A program made the position numbers and the translations under genes. Positions 13,104-24,500 of a stretch of DNA of 34,537 bases are shown piece after piece. The number at the start of each line of letters is the position of its first letter. The stretch's first letter is position 1. Under the pieces are notes generated by a model. The model did not search any database. It worked only from the letters and a program-made list of their open reading frames with translations, and was not told the DNA's origin. Source of the DNA: Choristocarpus tenellus KU-1152 (Eukaryota > Protista > Phaeophyceae). Where the stretch lies: assembly GCA_964200185.2 (NCBI GenBank), contig CAXNAD020000053.1:1-34537 (forward strand), read 5' to 3'.

Positions 13104-16100
13104 TATTATTTGAGAGGATGTTAGGTTTGGAACCCAAGTGTGACAGGGGGGGGTGGAGTTGTTGGGTGGTGTTACTGACAATAGCTAGAAGAGGAATGAA
13201 GAAAGATGAGATGTAGGGAGACAGACCTAAGCAATGTAAATGGTGGCAATGTGAGGATCAAGTGAGCAACATCTGGTGGTCAATTTGGGGAGAATGGGGA
13301 AGTTGTGGCTTAGGTTTAGTGGGTGGATTTGATGCAAGGTGAAAAATGGAAAGGACGGAGAGGTGCTTCACCAAAATCCCCTGTGTATACATGCTGTGTC
13401 TTTGTTGTCTTTCTAAAGCAGGTATTGTAAGTGGCTCTGGTACGGGTTCGGGAATGACAGACAAGTGAGGTCTTGATGTTGTTGTGGTACTTTGGAGTGG
13501 GATGAACTCTTGGTCTGTATACTTGGTACCAACAACCCTGTGTATATAATGCTTTAGCTGATACAATTTGATCTTCTTGTAGTGCCTTCTCCAATATCTT
13601 ACCCAGAAGTAGATTTGTAGTCTGTTTCACCAAGAAATGGGTGTATGTATAATGATACTTAATTCTACTGTCCATATTGCTTTGCTACTGGCAAAACTTA
13701 CTACTCCGTATCAATAATGTCAACAGTGTGGTGAATTGAACAAATTTTATAAATGATTTATTATCAACTGGCACAAATTGATTTGAATGACTCATTTGAA
13801 ATATAGCGTGCCCCCAACGTACGTGACAAAGCTCAACAACTGGTGTTAATATCATCATAAGGCTAAAAAAAACCCAAGTGGTGAAGGGCGCTCCTGGATT
13901 CTAGAAAAAAATGACTTATACTCATTTGTGTGCTCTTTCTTGACTATCAATTGATCCTACAAGTACCATAACCTTCCTGTCAACTCAGACCATTGGAAAC
14001 ACAATTTCAGATTTAGGGCACAACCATGCAGCCAACACTGTGCCATGTGTAGAACTCAAGAGTATGTTCATTATTAATGAACTGACCCTTTCCACACAAC
14101 AGTACAGCAGTTGCTTAATACTGTAACATTGAAAACAAGAAGTGAATAATACATCTGTACATCTAGACGGTCCTATGAATCCCATCTCTTGAAAAAATAG
14201 TTGTAGTTACTCATTACTGCTGTCGTTGGATTACTCCAGTCTATGTTGCATTTGTGCCAGCCTCTACCACAAATCCACCTTCAGCCAGATGCTGCAAATT
14301 GTTGGTTTTGGCATATTTCTTTTGGCTACTACAACATTCTTCCCAGATCATGAGAACATCCCCCCCGAGTATCCCTGAGAAACAGGAATGGCTTTAGCAC
14401 AACAGGCAAGTTTGGTCAAGCGTGGAAAGGGCAACACCCTTTCTTGTCTTCGCTTGGACGGTTTGCTACAACCTCCTCTCCTATCATCCACTCACTCTAA
14501 GGCATGTCAACAGCTTGGAGTCAACTTCCACTAATGCTAACTGTTCAGTGTTCCCTTGAAGTGACTTCCACCGCCCCTTCACTACCGCCAACTGAATGTC
14601 ACTACACATTGCAGAGGAACCTCCAGTTAAATCCATTGTGGACAATTTCCTGGACTGTTTTCAGCAAGTCAAGAAGTCAGTCAATACCGACCACATATTT
14701 AAAACTGCAACAGAGAATGAATAATTTGTTAGAATGAGGTTCTAGGATGTTGATGGGATAAAGTGTCAAGGTTTTGGGGGATGTGAACAGGGGCCTTTCT
14801 GCTCACTTCAGAAAATGATTTGCAACATTGCATCCAAGAACCACCAAAGCTCGCTCTATGCCAATTTGTTACATCATAGAAGGCACAAATGAAGAAAAAA
14901 CATTAGTTTTCTCACTACCACTACCAGCAGCACCACCACCTTCATCCTACTCTGTCTTGACCTGTTGTTGTGGTTGTTGCTGTTGCATGTTCTTGTCATG
15001 TTTTTACTGCCAACTGTTTGAGTAGGTGCTATATCAGCGATTCCAGACTGTACATGACATCCATCTCAACACCAAATCTGATTGAGAGTTTTTACCATTT
15101 GATGTCGCTAAGCATAGAGGTAAAAGCAAGGAAAGGAGAGTGGACAGGAAAAGCCATGTTCTTGTAAAGTAAACTTAGTTCCACTGACAATAATAAAGAG
15201 GATGAGTCTGATGGTGGTCCCAACAAGAAAAATAAGTTCACTGCTGGTGAGGGTAGCACCTTGACTGGCATACATCCATGTTTTGTATCTGTACCAAGAG
15301 CAAGCTCACCACAACAGGAAAAAGACAACTGCACAGGAAGAAGTGGTAGCAACTCAGCCTTCGTCTTCTTCCCCCTTCCGCAACTTTGCCCTTGCCCACG
15401 TTCTTTCCAAGGGGCACTTCCCTATTATCTAACCCATGGCAAATACCCCAGAACCCCAATTGTGATACTGTCATGCGGGGTTACTTAAAATTCATTAAAT
15501 GAATTGAATTGTTCAAATCTGACACTGTGGGACGCCATGCACAGTTCCAATCTACCACCTGAAACAATCTGTTGTGTCATTAACCTCATCAAGTGGCGAT
15601 TATGTCCAGCCCATCGGTTCAATCCCCAAACCGATCCCTCAACTTCTAGGCACCACTACTGTGCAACAGCTACGACTCCCCTCCACACTAAAAGCATATC
15701 TGTGGCATTCCAGGATTCTATTTTTTTACACACTGCGTAACATCAACAGATTGTGAGGGTGGGCTTTTACTTTGCCATAACCCACCTTGTCACAAAGTCC
15801 TCAGAACCCTAATTGTATGCCCGTGAGTTGGATCAAATACATCTCATGAAATTTGAACAGTGGAAAAACCCCATGTAGCCTGGATTTTTACTCTCCGATC
15901 TACCAGATGGGAGGAACCATTGATTCATTGGACGGCATCATGCCCTACAGTAGTATTTTCATTTTATTATTGTCATATATGCATAGATAATTAGTCTGGG
16001 ATTATACTGACCTGTGGTCAGAGTGCACTAAACATTGCATTACTTCTCGTTTTAACTTCACTGACTGCTACACTACGACTAATTGTACCGCCATGCATGT

Positions 16101-17757
16101 TGGGTTCAGCACTCCCACCACTTGTTGTTTAGTCTCTGACCTCAAATCTTTTGCTGCATTTGTCTCAAACTCTTTCCACCTCGATCATGGTCCGGTGTTT
16201 GTTTTTGTGGTTTAGCCACACACAGGATAGTACGTAAATCTGTAGTGTTTGTCATTTGGAGTAGGATCATTGAAACCAGACTTCAGTAAGTAGAAAGAAG
16301 TTTGGTGTGTTAGGGCGTTCAGACCCGAAATTCATGCTGGTAGCATCCACCTGAACCACTGAGTCACAACAATGTCGTAGCCAGATATTGTGTGAGTTAG
16401 GTGTATATGTATGCATGTAACCAATTACTGGTACAAAAGATTTGTTTCTTTCTCCTCATGAATGTGGGATTATTATGCAAAATGAGAAATCCGTGACAGC
16501 TATGAATAAGTAATGGCAAAAGGCAAAAGAGATACCCACCTAACAAAACAAAGCGAGACTTGTAGGAAAACCTCTGGTCAAATTAACTGGACTTGGCCAA
16601 CCCACCATTCTGGGGTCTGACCTACCCCCATCCCCATTTTGAATCTGCCCTCCATTGAGCTGTATTCCCACTGCGCTACTTGCCGTGCCTGTCTCATTAC
16701 AACGAGCTCTTCCCTTCTTGTTGTGCTGCCTTACTTCAAATTTGCATGCATCACTTTTCCCACTGTCTACATTGGTGTTCCAATTGGTTAAATACCATAC
16801 TTGCCTACTTTATCACTACCCCAATTCTCCCCAAATGCAGGGCATATTCATCAAGTTCCAAACTCAAAAACTCCACCCAGCAATCATGGTTCAGAGGGCA
16901 AAGGTACCCTTGCTCCAGATCAAGGTAGTAGTACCCAAATCACACAACCAATTTAGGTCCTTCTCAATCTTCAGTCTTTCTTGTGCACAGTAGCAAACAA
17001 TGCTGACAGAGAGACTCTACCTGCCTTCTACAATGAAAAGAGGGGTCAAGTGACCAAGTGTTAGCAAATATTATCTAATGAAATACAATGGGTAGGTCTG
17101 TCAGAGAATGTTTCACCAAGAAATGGGTTGGGTTGATCAGGTTTGTTGAAGTAATTCCAAACCATTTTATTATTTGTTAAATTTTTATGCCATGCAGTGC
17201 ACTTGATTTGGCTCCTCTACATCAGATACTCTTTCTCTCCGCCAGGAAATGTGTTAGGTTGATTAGGTTTGTTCAAATCATTTGTTCCCTATCATTCTAT
17301 TATTAAGATGCCATACACAGGTATGCGATTCATTTGATGAGGTCACATCACCATGATGATATCTGTACCATAGGCACATAAGAGTGCCAATTATATTGGC
17401 TTCATGAAATGGGTTGTGGTGATTTATTAAATTCAATTCAGTCCAATTCATTGTACCTATTTACTATTTGAGAGGGCTGTGCTTCAATACGTCATATACA
17501 CAGTCCTAATGCATCATGCACACTCAACAGGACCATGCCCTGTTCAGCTTCGGTAGTGACCAGAGACAATTGGTCTTTCTTGTTGCCTTCTCCATATGCC
17601 ATGCATGCTCACCTGGGACTTACCCATAGACCACACTGAGTCATGCCTAGGTGACATCTGATAGTGTCACGCACTTGGGTTTTTGATTGGTTAATGTATT
17701 TTCTTGTGTGCATCTGGGACATGCCCAGATCCAACAAAGTGATGCCCAAATGAGCTC

Positions 17758-18900
17758 TCAAGATGCCATGAGACAGAGCGGAGTCCATCTCATCAGGGTC
17801 GCTGTCACTCCCCCCACTGCCCCCTCCGGCTGCTTAGCCATATATCCCCATTCTTGCAGCATTCCCCAGAGGCCATTGTTGCCCAACCATTTGACCCCCT
17901 TCGACTTCACCATCTGTCTTTTCCCCCTTGTTTTGTTTTCCATTTCATTCTCAAACACTTTGATCATAGGAGCCAGTGCAACCTGGTTGTGTAATCCTAC
18001 TTCTCATATATTAGAATTCCCAACCGTGTGTCATTGTGGGATGAACAGCCAATCTGTTGGGCTCCAAGGTGGGATAATGTTGTCCTATTGCAGCTCACCC
18101 AGTAGACAGTCTGCTTCCCTCATCCATGTATTGAGACCTTTGTTGACCACAACACAGAACATGTTTTGGGAACACTCCTTGATGAGGGAGGATGCTTTCA
18201 GTGTCACTCCATGTCTCGCTCAGTACACCCATGAGTTCTCCTTGAAGCTCTTGAAACTGCGTGATCAAAGTCAACACATGGTCCGTCAACAGGACAATTC
18301 CATTGTTGTAAAAAAGGCCATCATATATTACTGGGTGAAATTGCTGTCTTGTTATTAGTTGACCGACGCGCTGAAAAGTGCAACGTCAAACCCTAAAATA
18401 ACTTCCATTTCTGACATATATTGCCAGCTGAGCCATTCATCCTTTGTCAGCTACATTAATGCGGGGGCAAGCATGTTCTAAATAAAAGGCATCCTTTGTT
18501 GAAAATAGAGTGTAGCACACCCCCACCCGAAGCATCCATACTCGTGGTACCACAGCATTCTACCAACGCATTACCAACAGTTTTGTGGCAAGGTTCTCCC
18601 CTGGTGCTATCAATGCCCCTCCACACCCCATCGGTCAATCTGGGTGATTGAAGGAGCAATCTGGCCCATTAGATTTGTTAACGCCAACTTTAGACCTGCC
18701 AAGCCCGATTTTAAGTTCCACATTGTTAGCCTTTAACTCCACAATTGTGCTTTCTTGTTGCACCAATTGTTGTGCATGTTTTGTTTCCACAAAAGCCCTG
18801 TTGGATATTGTGAGTTTGGGATCACGACCCTACTTGTCAGGAACTCCATGACTCTCATCCTGATTTTCTCCAGCCTACCTGTTCTGTGTCGTCTGGATTA
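17758..18900 (-). pseudogene. Decayed ORF, possibly LTR-retrotransposon gag-like
   Basis: Long protein-like minus-strand stretches broken by isolated stops and frameshifts: coiled-coil-like AQQLVQQESTIVELKANNVELK, then LLTDHVLTLITQFQELQGELMGVL, then a possibly eroded zinc knuckle LWGMLQEWGYMAKQ. Family assignment is weak. Confidence 0.3.
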
Positions 18901-19509
18901 GAGTTTGAATGACAATTGTCGCAGACTCAGGAGCTTAAGCTCCTTAACACCAGATATGAAGGCATTGTCTGCACCCGTCTAACTACCCCAGTCGGTGGAT
19001 CGGCAACTCCAACTCCTTTCTTAAAAAAATTCACGCACAACCTTCAACCCTGTATATAAACCCATCATTCAATCCTCATTCACAAACTACCCTTTCATAC
19101 TGGTAAGGTGGTATCAGTAGCTTTGCCCTCTCTGACATTTCTGCTTTTTTTCACATGCAGCCCCAACAGATACACAACAATATATATATCAAATGAAAGG
19201 GTATAACAAGACCTTTTGAAGGCTTGTATCCACGAATACACAGGCTTCGGGGAATGGGAGCTATGTCCCGATGAAATAATGGGAAAAAAACACGTGGGAA
19301 TATCTCCGGCGCAATTTTGAAGGTCACGACTTCAAAACGGGTTAAAATGAAGTGGTTGGCTGAACTCCTTGCAAAAACCTGGTCCGGGGTAGGTTGCTGC
19401 TCAAGTTTGGTAGGTAGGGCTGTACCGAAAAAAAAGAAGACAAACCCCAAGATTTCCGGACATTTTTTTATCGGGACATCTTCTTAACGCCTTTTGCAGA
19501 CTTACCGAC

Positions 19510-21045
19510 ATGAACCACGGCAGTGAGACAAGGAGGGCCGCTGAGGCCACTCTGCCCTCTGGATTTACCCTCAGCACCTTCTCTGTCGAGAGGCAACGGA
19601 AAAGCAAGTACCGTGTGAAACTCAGTGTGATGTTAGGTAATGAGAAAGTGCGAGTAGTGTGGTGCAGCAGCATGATCAAATCGCAAAATGGACCACGCGG
19701 TCGCGACACTGACGCTGAGAGAAGATGCATTGAAAGCATTACCACATAAACGTGGTTGGGTCTTCAACCACAGCAGAGAACTGCTCTCCAAGAACTGCCA
19801 CCTCGGGAAAGCAGGAAGAGAACGGTGAGTCCATCACCAGGTGTGGTACAGTGATGAAACCTGTGGGGCAGCCTGGTCGCAGTGGGCAAAGGGACAACCA
19901 GAGTGGCTGCCCGAAGGGAAGGTTGGGGAGGAGAGCAGTGCAACTGCGTGCCATTGTGCTCAGGAAATGCTTAAACGAAAACCTGGGTGTAGAATATCTT
20001 AGTTGTCGACAGTTGCAGCAGGCCCTGGCTGTTTGGAAGCTGTGCAAGCCAGAGTGGCTTAAGGAAATGAGGAAGAAGGTGTTAGGTTGGGCTAGAAGGG
20101 CTCTGAAACCCGAAAGAAAGTCAAAATGGCTCACAAGGTGGAGGAGAAAGTGATCGTAACAAAGGAAGCTGTGGAGACCTTTCGATACCAACAAACCCTT
20201 TACTTTGAAGAAGTTGTATAGCAGTAACTATCGACGAGGACGCTAGGGCAGAAGAGGAGGTGAGATTGAGACTATTTGAACACCAATGGTTTGGTGTCTC
20301 CTACCTCTTGCAAGATGCCATACATTCACTTTTGTTCCTGGACTTAGGGTTGGACGTATAAAGTTTATTAAGGGTTTCTCCCAGCCTGCATTCATTTGAG
20401 AAATCAACACAATTTTCATTCAATTCAAGCCTGTCCTCTCTCGCCCTTGCACCTCGATAAAATATCACTTGCCCAGGAAACATGGACGACGCCCATTTCC
20501 AGTGCTCAACAAAGAAATGAGATGGTAAAAGAGCCAAAGTATCTTAGAGGGTATAGGGCCGTGTCCATTTGGGGGCCAAAATCCAATGTTACGATTTTGA
20601 TGTAATTTTGGCTATCATGTTTGTTTGGAAGTGTAAGTATCCTAGTTCCATACACACCTTTTCATAACGTATACATTTTACCTTCTCCAAATATTTGGAG
20701 GGGAAAATGTAAAAAAAAACATGGGAAGCCAAGCCCCAAATGGACAAACAGGGCAAAACTCGTACCCTCCAAGATACTTTCACTCTAAAGGCTCTCTAAT
20801 ACTGCGAATCCTGTACGTGTGTATGAACGATGGGAAAGACGTCAAACCGTGCTCAAGATATCAGCAGGATATGTGATGGTCAGGTCGGAAACTGTGAGTA
20901 AATGGGAGAGAGACTTCCTAACTAAGGGCCACATCAAGGTCTCGGAGAAAGGGCGCTACGAGAGGCGCTTCGTTCTGGGCGTGGACGAGGGCATCCTTCC
21001 CGAGGTCAAAGAGTGGGTGCGCGAACACACAGGAAGAAAGGGTGG
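19510..21045 (+). mobile_element. Decayed, probably intron-containing DNA-transposon gene (IS630/Tc1-mariner-like N-terminal HTH region)
   Basis: GC- and CpG-rich frameshifted coding-like segments at 19510-20260, ending at a GTGAGA donor. The segment LKISAGYVMVRSETVSKWERDFLTKGHIKVSEKGRYERRFVLGVDEGILPEVKEWVREHTGRKG (about 20850-21045) resembles the HTH plus S-x-RGK region of eukaryotic IS630-like transposases. No DDE domain seen. Confidence 0.45.
20530..20786. mobile_element. MITE-like foldback element with long imperfect terminal inverted repeats
   Basis: 20536-20553 AAAGTATCTTAGAGGGTA vs 20763-20780 (17/18 inverted match); 20562-20574 vs 20734-20746 (13/13); internal 16-bp palindrome at 20685-20700. 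No TSD confidently identified. Confidence 0.65.
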
Positions 21046-21524
21046 GGAGGCTTTTTTCCCTCCTAAACCCTATACTTTATTCAAGTATAGTGCATCTTTT
21101 GCCAATCTCGGTGACCTACAATCCAGGGTTCGAACCCCAATATGAGCTCTTTCTAAAGGAAAAAATGGCGAAAAAAAACGAAGCCTGTACTCTGGAGGAC
21201 CTTGTGACGGGCACCACGAATATGCTTTTATGTTTTAAATCCGATGTCTACAAGGATTATGAAGGGACAACCCCAGAGGGCGAACCTACTGGTACCACTA
21301 TATACTGATAACTATAATTAATAATAACTCCCTTGTTCCAACTACAAACATGTAAGAGTTTCCACAACACACTTTTATGCTCTAGGTTGACTTTTTATGG
21401 CATAATAATACTACTGAGTTTTTATTTGAGGACATAGTTACTGTATTAGTATTACATGTATATACTCTGAAAAATTATAAATTGTAGTTGGCAGTTCTAG
21501 TTCCCACCACAACACAATCTCACC

Positions 21525-24500
21525 ATGTCCACGTACACATATTGCAGCACCCGGGGTGGGGCGGTGGGTGTAAGCTTCGAGGATGTGGTTTTGGGGGGTC
21601 TAGCTAACGACAGGGGTTTGTACGTCCCTGAGGTCGTTCCGGAAGTGGCGGTGGATGAGATAATGTCGGTGAGTGATTGTGGTGTGTGTTCATCTCTCAT
21701 CACATAGTTACTTGACCACATCTATTCCAACTGACAATATTTCCCCCTTGGTCTTTACATGTGGTTCCATCAGTGGCGTGCCCTCAGCTTTCCTGAGCTT
21801 TCCCACAGAATAATGTCGAAGTACATCTCTGAGTTGGAGATTCCAACCAACGACCTGCTCGACGTATGTAAGCGAAGCACGGTCAACTTCCGAACTCCAG
21901 GTATGACGTTCGCTTCTGTGTAAGTGGATTTGATTGTTATAGAGTTGGCACCATCCCCAGTGTTTGTCGCATTGCCTACAGAAGGATTGGTTTAATGCCC
22001 TTGGACCGTTGTCGCCACTTCATACCAACTACTCTCTGGACAGATGTTACCCCAGTCGTCCGTGTCGGATCCACCTGGGTGCTGGAACTCTTTCATGGAC
22101 CGACATTTGCTTTCAAAGATGTTGCTCTTCAGGTAAAAATTTTCGCTTACGATCCAGGCTGCGAATGGCATCGATATTTTGACCCTTACGAAGGCGAGGA
22201 GGAAAGATTGGAATGGGAATGATTCATGCAAGGCAGGAACTAGCGAGAAACATGCAATTTCCCTATTTTGATGGCGGGCATCTATCTTCAAGAAACATAG
22301 GTCAAGGTTGGGGCCTGAGTTGTTGCAATGTTTACTACCAGGATGTCAATTGATGCATGCACATTAGGGTAATTTTTGTGTAAATGTTAGCATTCTATAT
22401 GCGCTTACTAGTATGGTGTATTGGATACGAGTGGTATGTGCTATATATACTCTAGTCTTGGCGCATTTGAAGTCCTGTGCACCAAAAGTGTGGTGCGGCT
22501 AAAAATTATTTTTGGCGTTTCTATGTTTGATAAATTTTGTATGCCATTTGCACAGTTTCTTGGAAATCTGTTTGAGTACTTCCTCACCAGAAAGAGGGAC
22601 AGAGGAGAGGATGCTGGACTCACAATTCTCGGTGCAACATCTGGAGACACAGGTTAGTCTAGACTTGAAAAACAATTTGGGCAGTCCAAATGCTGTGATA
22701 TGTATCAAATGTAGCCTATGGCAGAGCAGTACCAACAAACTTGTGTGTAATCAACAATGCAACATTATCTTGCTTCTCATCTTTAGGCTCAGCTGCCATA
22801 TATGGCTTACGGGGCAAGGAACAGGTGTCCTGCTTCATTATGTTTCCTCATGGTCGTGTAAGTGATATCCAGGAGCGTCAGATGACGACAGTGTCAGATC
22901 CCAACATCAACTGCATCAGTGTGCATGGTTCGTTTGATGACTGCCAAGATATTGTGAAGGCTTCATTTGGTGATAAGGATTTCAGGTGCAGCAATTTCTT
23001 TTGCTTGATTGAAGTTTAATTCCTTAACCATTATTCATGTAAGGATCACCCTGCAAGAGTTATAAGTTATTTATTATCTTGTGACCATATTTTAATTTCG
23101 GTAAACTGCATTGTCATATTGGTAGAATTTTGCAGTTCCTGGTCCCTTGAAGTGCATTTCATCACTGAGTTGTGTTTAGGGAAACTTGAATTGGTGGCCT
23201 TTCCCTACATTTCATACTTGAGATGTTAATTAAGATGTTGAAACAATTTGACAGGGAGCGGGTGAAGCTGGGAGCAGTGAACTCAATCAACTGGGCAAGA
23301 GTACTAGCACAGATAACATATTACTTCTGGGCGTATTTTCGGGTGAGAGGTGCAGCCCTGGACAACTCGGGTAGAATGAGGCATTCTTTTCTGCATGTGG
23401 AATTGTTATACTAAATGGTGTGTTTTGTCTGTTTTGCTGTTCATTGATACTTCATCTCAACATACTTGGAGACTTTTCAGGATTTGTCGCATCATTGATG
23501 CAAATACGGACCTTAATTGACCACATGTGTGCACTAGACTTTGGTTGACATTCCAGACAAGCATATGTTCCCACTATTCTTTACAGTATATCAGTAGTAC
23601 CTCTTGTGTTTTGTTGGACATTATGGAGACAGCCTTGAAGAGCGGTAAACTTGGTGCCATCATCCTGTTACCCCGCAGTTCACTCACTGTTGTATGTCAA
23701 TTTTATATGACCGTAAATATGTCAAGTTGTTTTGTCGCACATTTTTGACATCTGGTGTTGGCATGCTGCAGGTATCAGAGGCTAATGAGATGGGGGATGA
23801 TGGGGGTCCAAGTGTCATTAATTTCTCAGTCCCCACAGGAAACTTTGGTGATGTACTTGCAGGGTACTATTCCAGGCGCATGGGTTTGCCAGTGGGAAAA
23901 CTGGTTGTTGCAACCAATGAGAATGATATTCTGCACAGGTGATTGCCATTGTTACAACGCACCTTATCATATGTGAAATTTGCTAATTGTAGAGCTTCTA
24001 GAAATTGATCCTGACAGGCCTGTGCACTCCATAGCTTAGACGGATTGTGTACCATGTGTTGATACCAAAAAGTTGAGAGGGTGAATGATTGTTGATTGAG
24101 TGAGAAGTATTGAAAAAGATACCTATGCTACTGGACAAAAATATATGTAAATGTGTGATCTTGCATTGTGTTCGTCAAGGTGGGAATTTTACAGATCATG
24201 CAGATGCCCAGGTTTGCAGAGGCACCCCTCTCATATTTACTGTTAGCAAGTTCATTTTGTATTTTTTGTTTTTGGGTTTGGGGTTAGAATAGTTGATGCA
24301 AGTAGGTGTGACTCCCATAAATTTGGGCACCTTTGTGCCCATTAAGACATACCATTTCAGGACACCATGACAAGTCTAATATATTTGTCCTCTTTGACCC
24401 TATGATGTTTTTGAAGTGGAGGGTGAATATTGCCTAGGAATATTCTTAAATAAGCTTGTGTTGTGATGAATTCCTGCTTGTTAGGTTCTTCACAACTGGC

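Noticed and set aside
14610-14723. VKSIVDNFLDC similar to IKSIVENFTNC near 28570 (- strand)
   Set aside because: Similarity does not extend to the flanks; insufficient to claim homology.
13200-16600. Numerous 60-120 aa ORFs in the intergenic region
   Set aside because: No consistent exon chain or recognisable domain; probably eroded repeats.
17687-18358. Longest ORF in the track (223 aa, + strand)
   Set aside because: No recognisable motifs; better explained as the antisense shadow of a decayed minus-strand frame.
21090-21145. GGTTCGAACCC B-box/T-loop, possible tRNA or SINE
   Set aside because: No cloverleaf or convincing A-box could be built.
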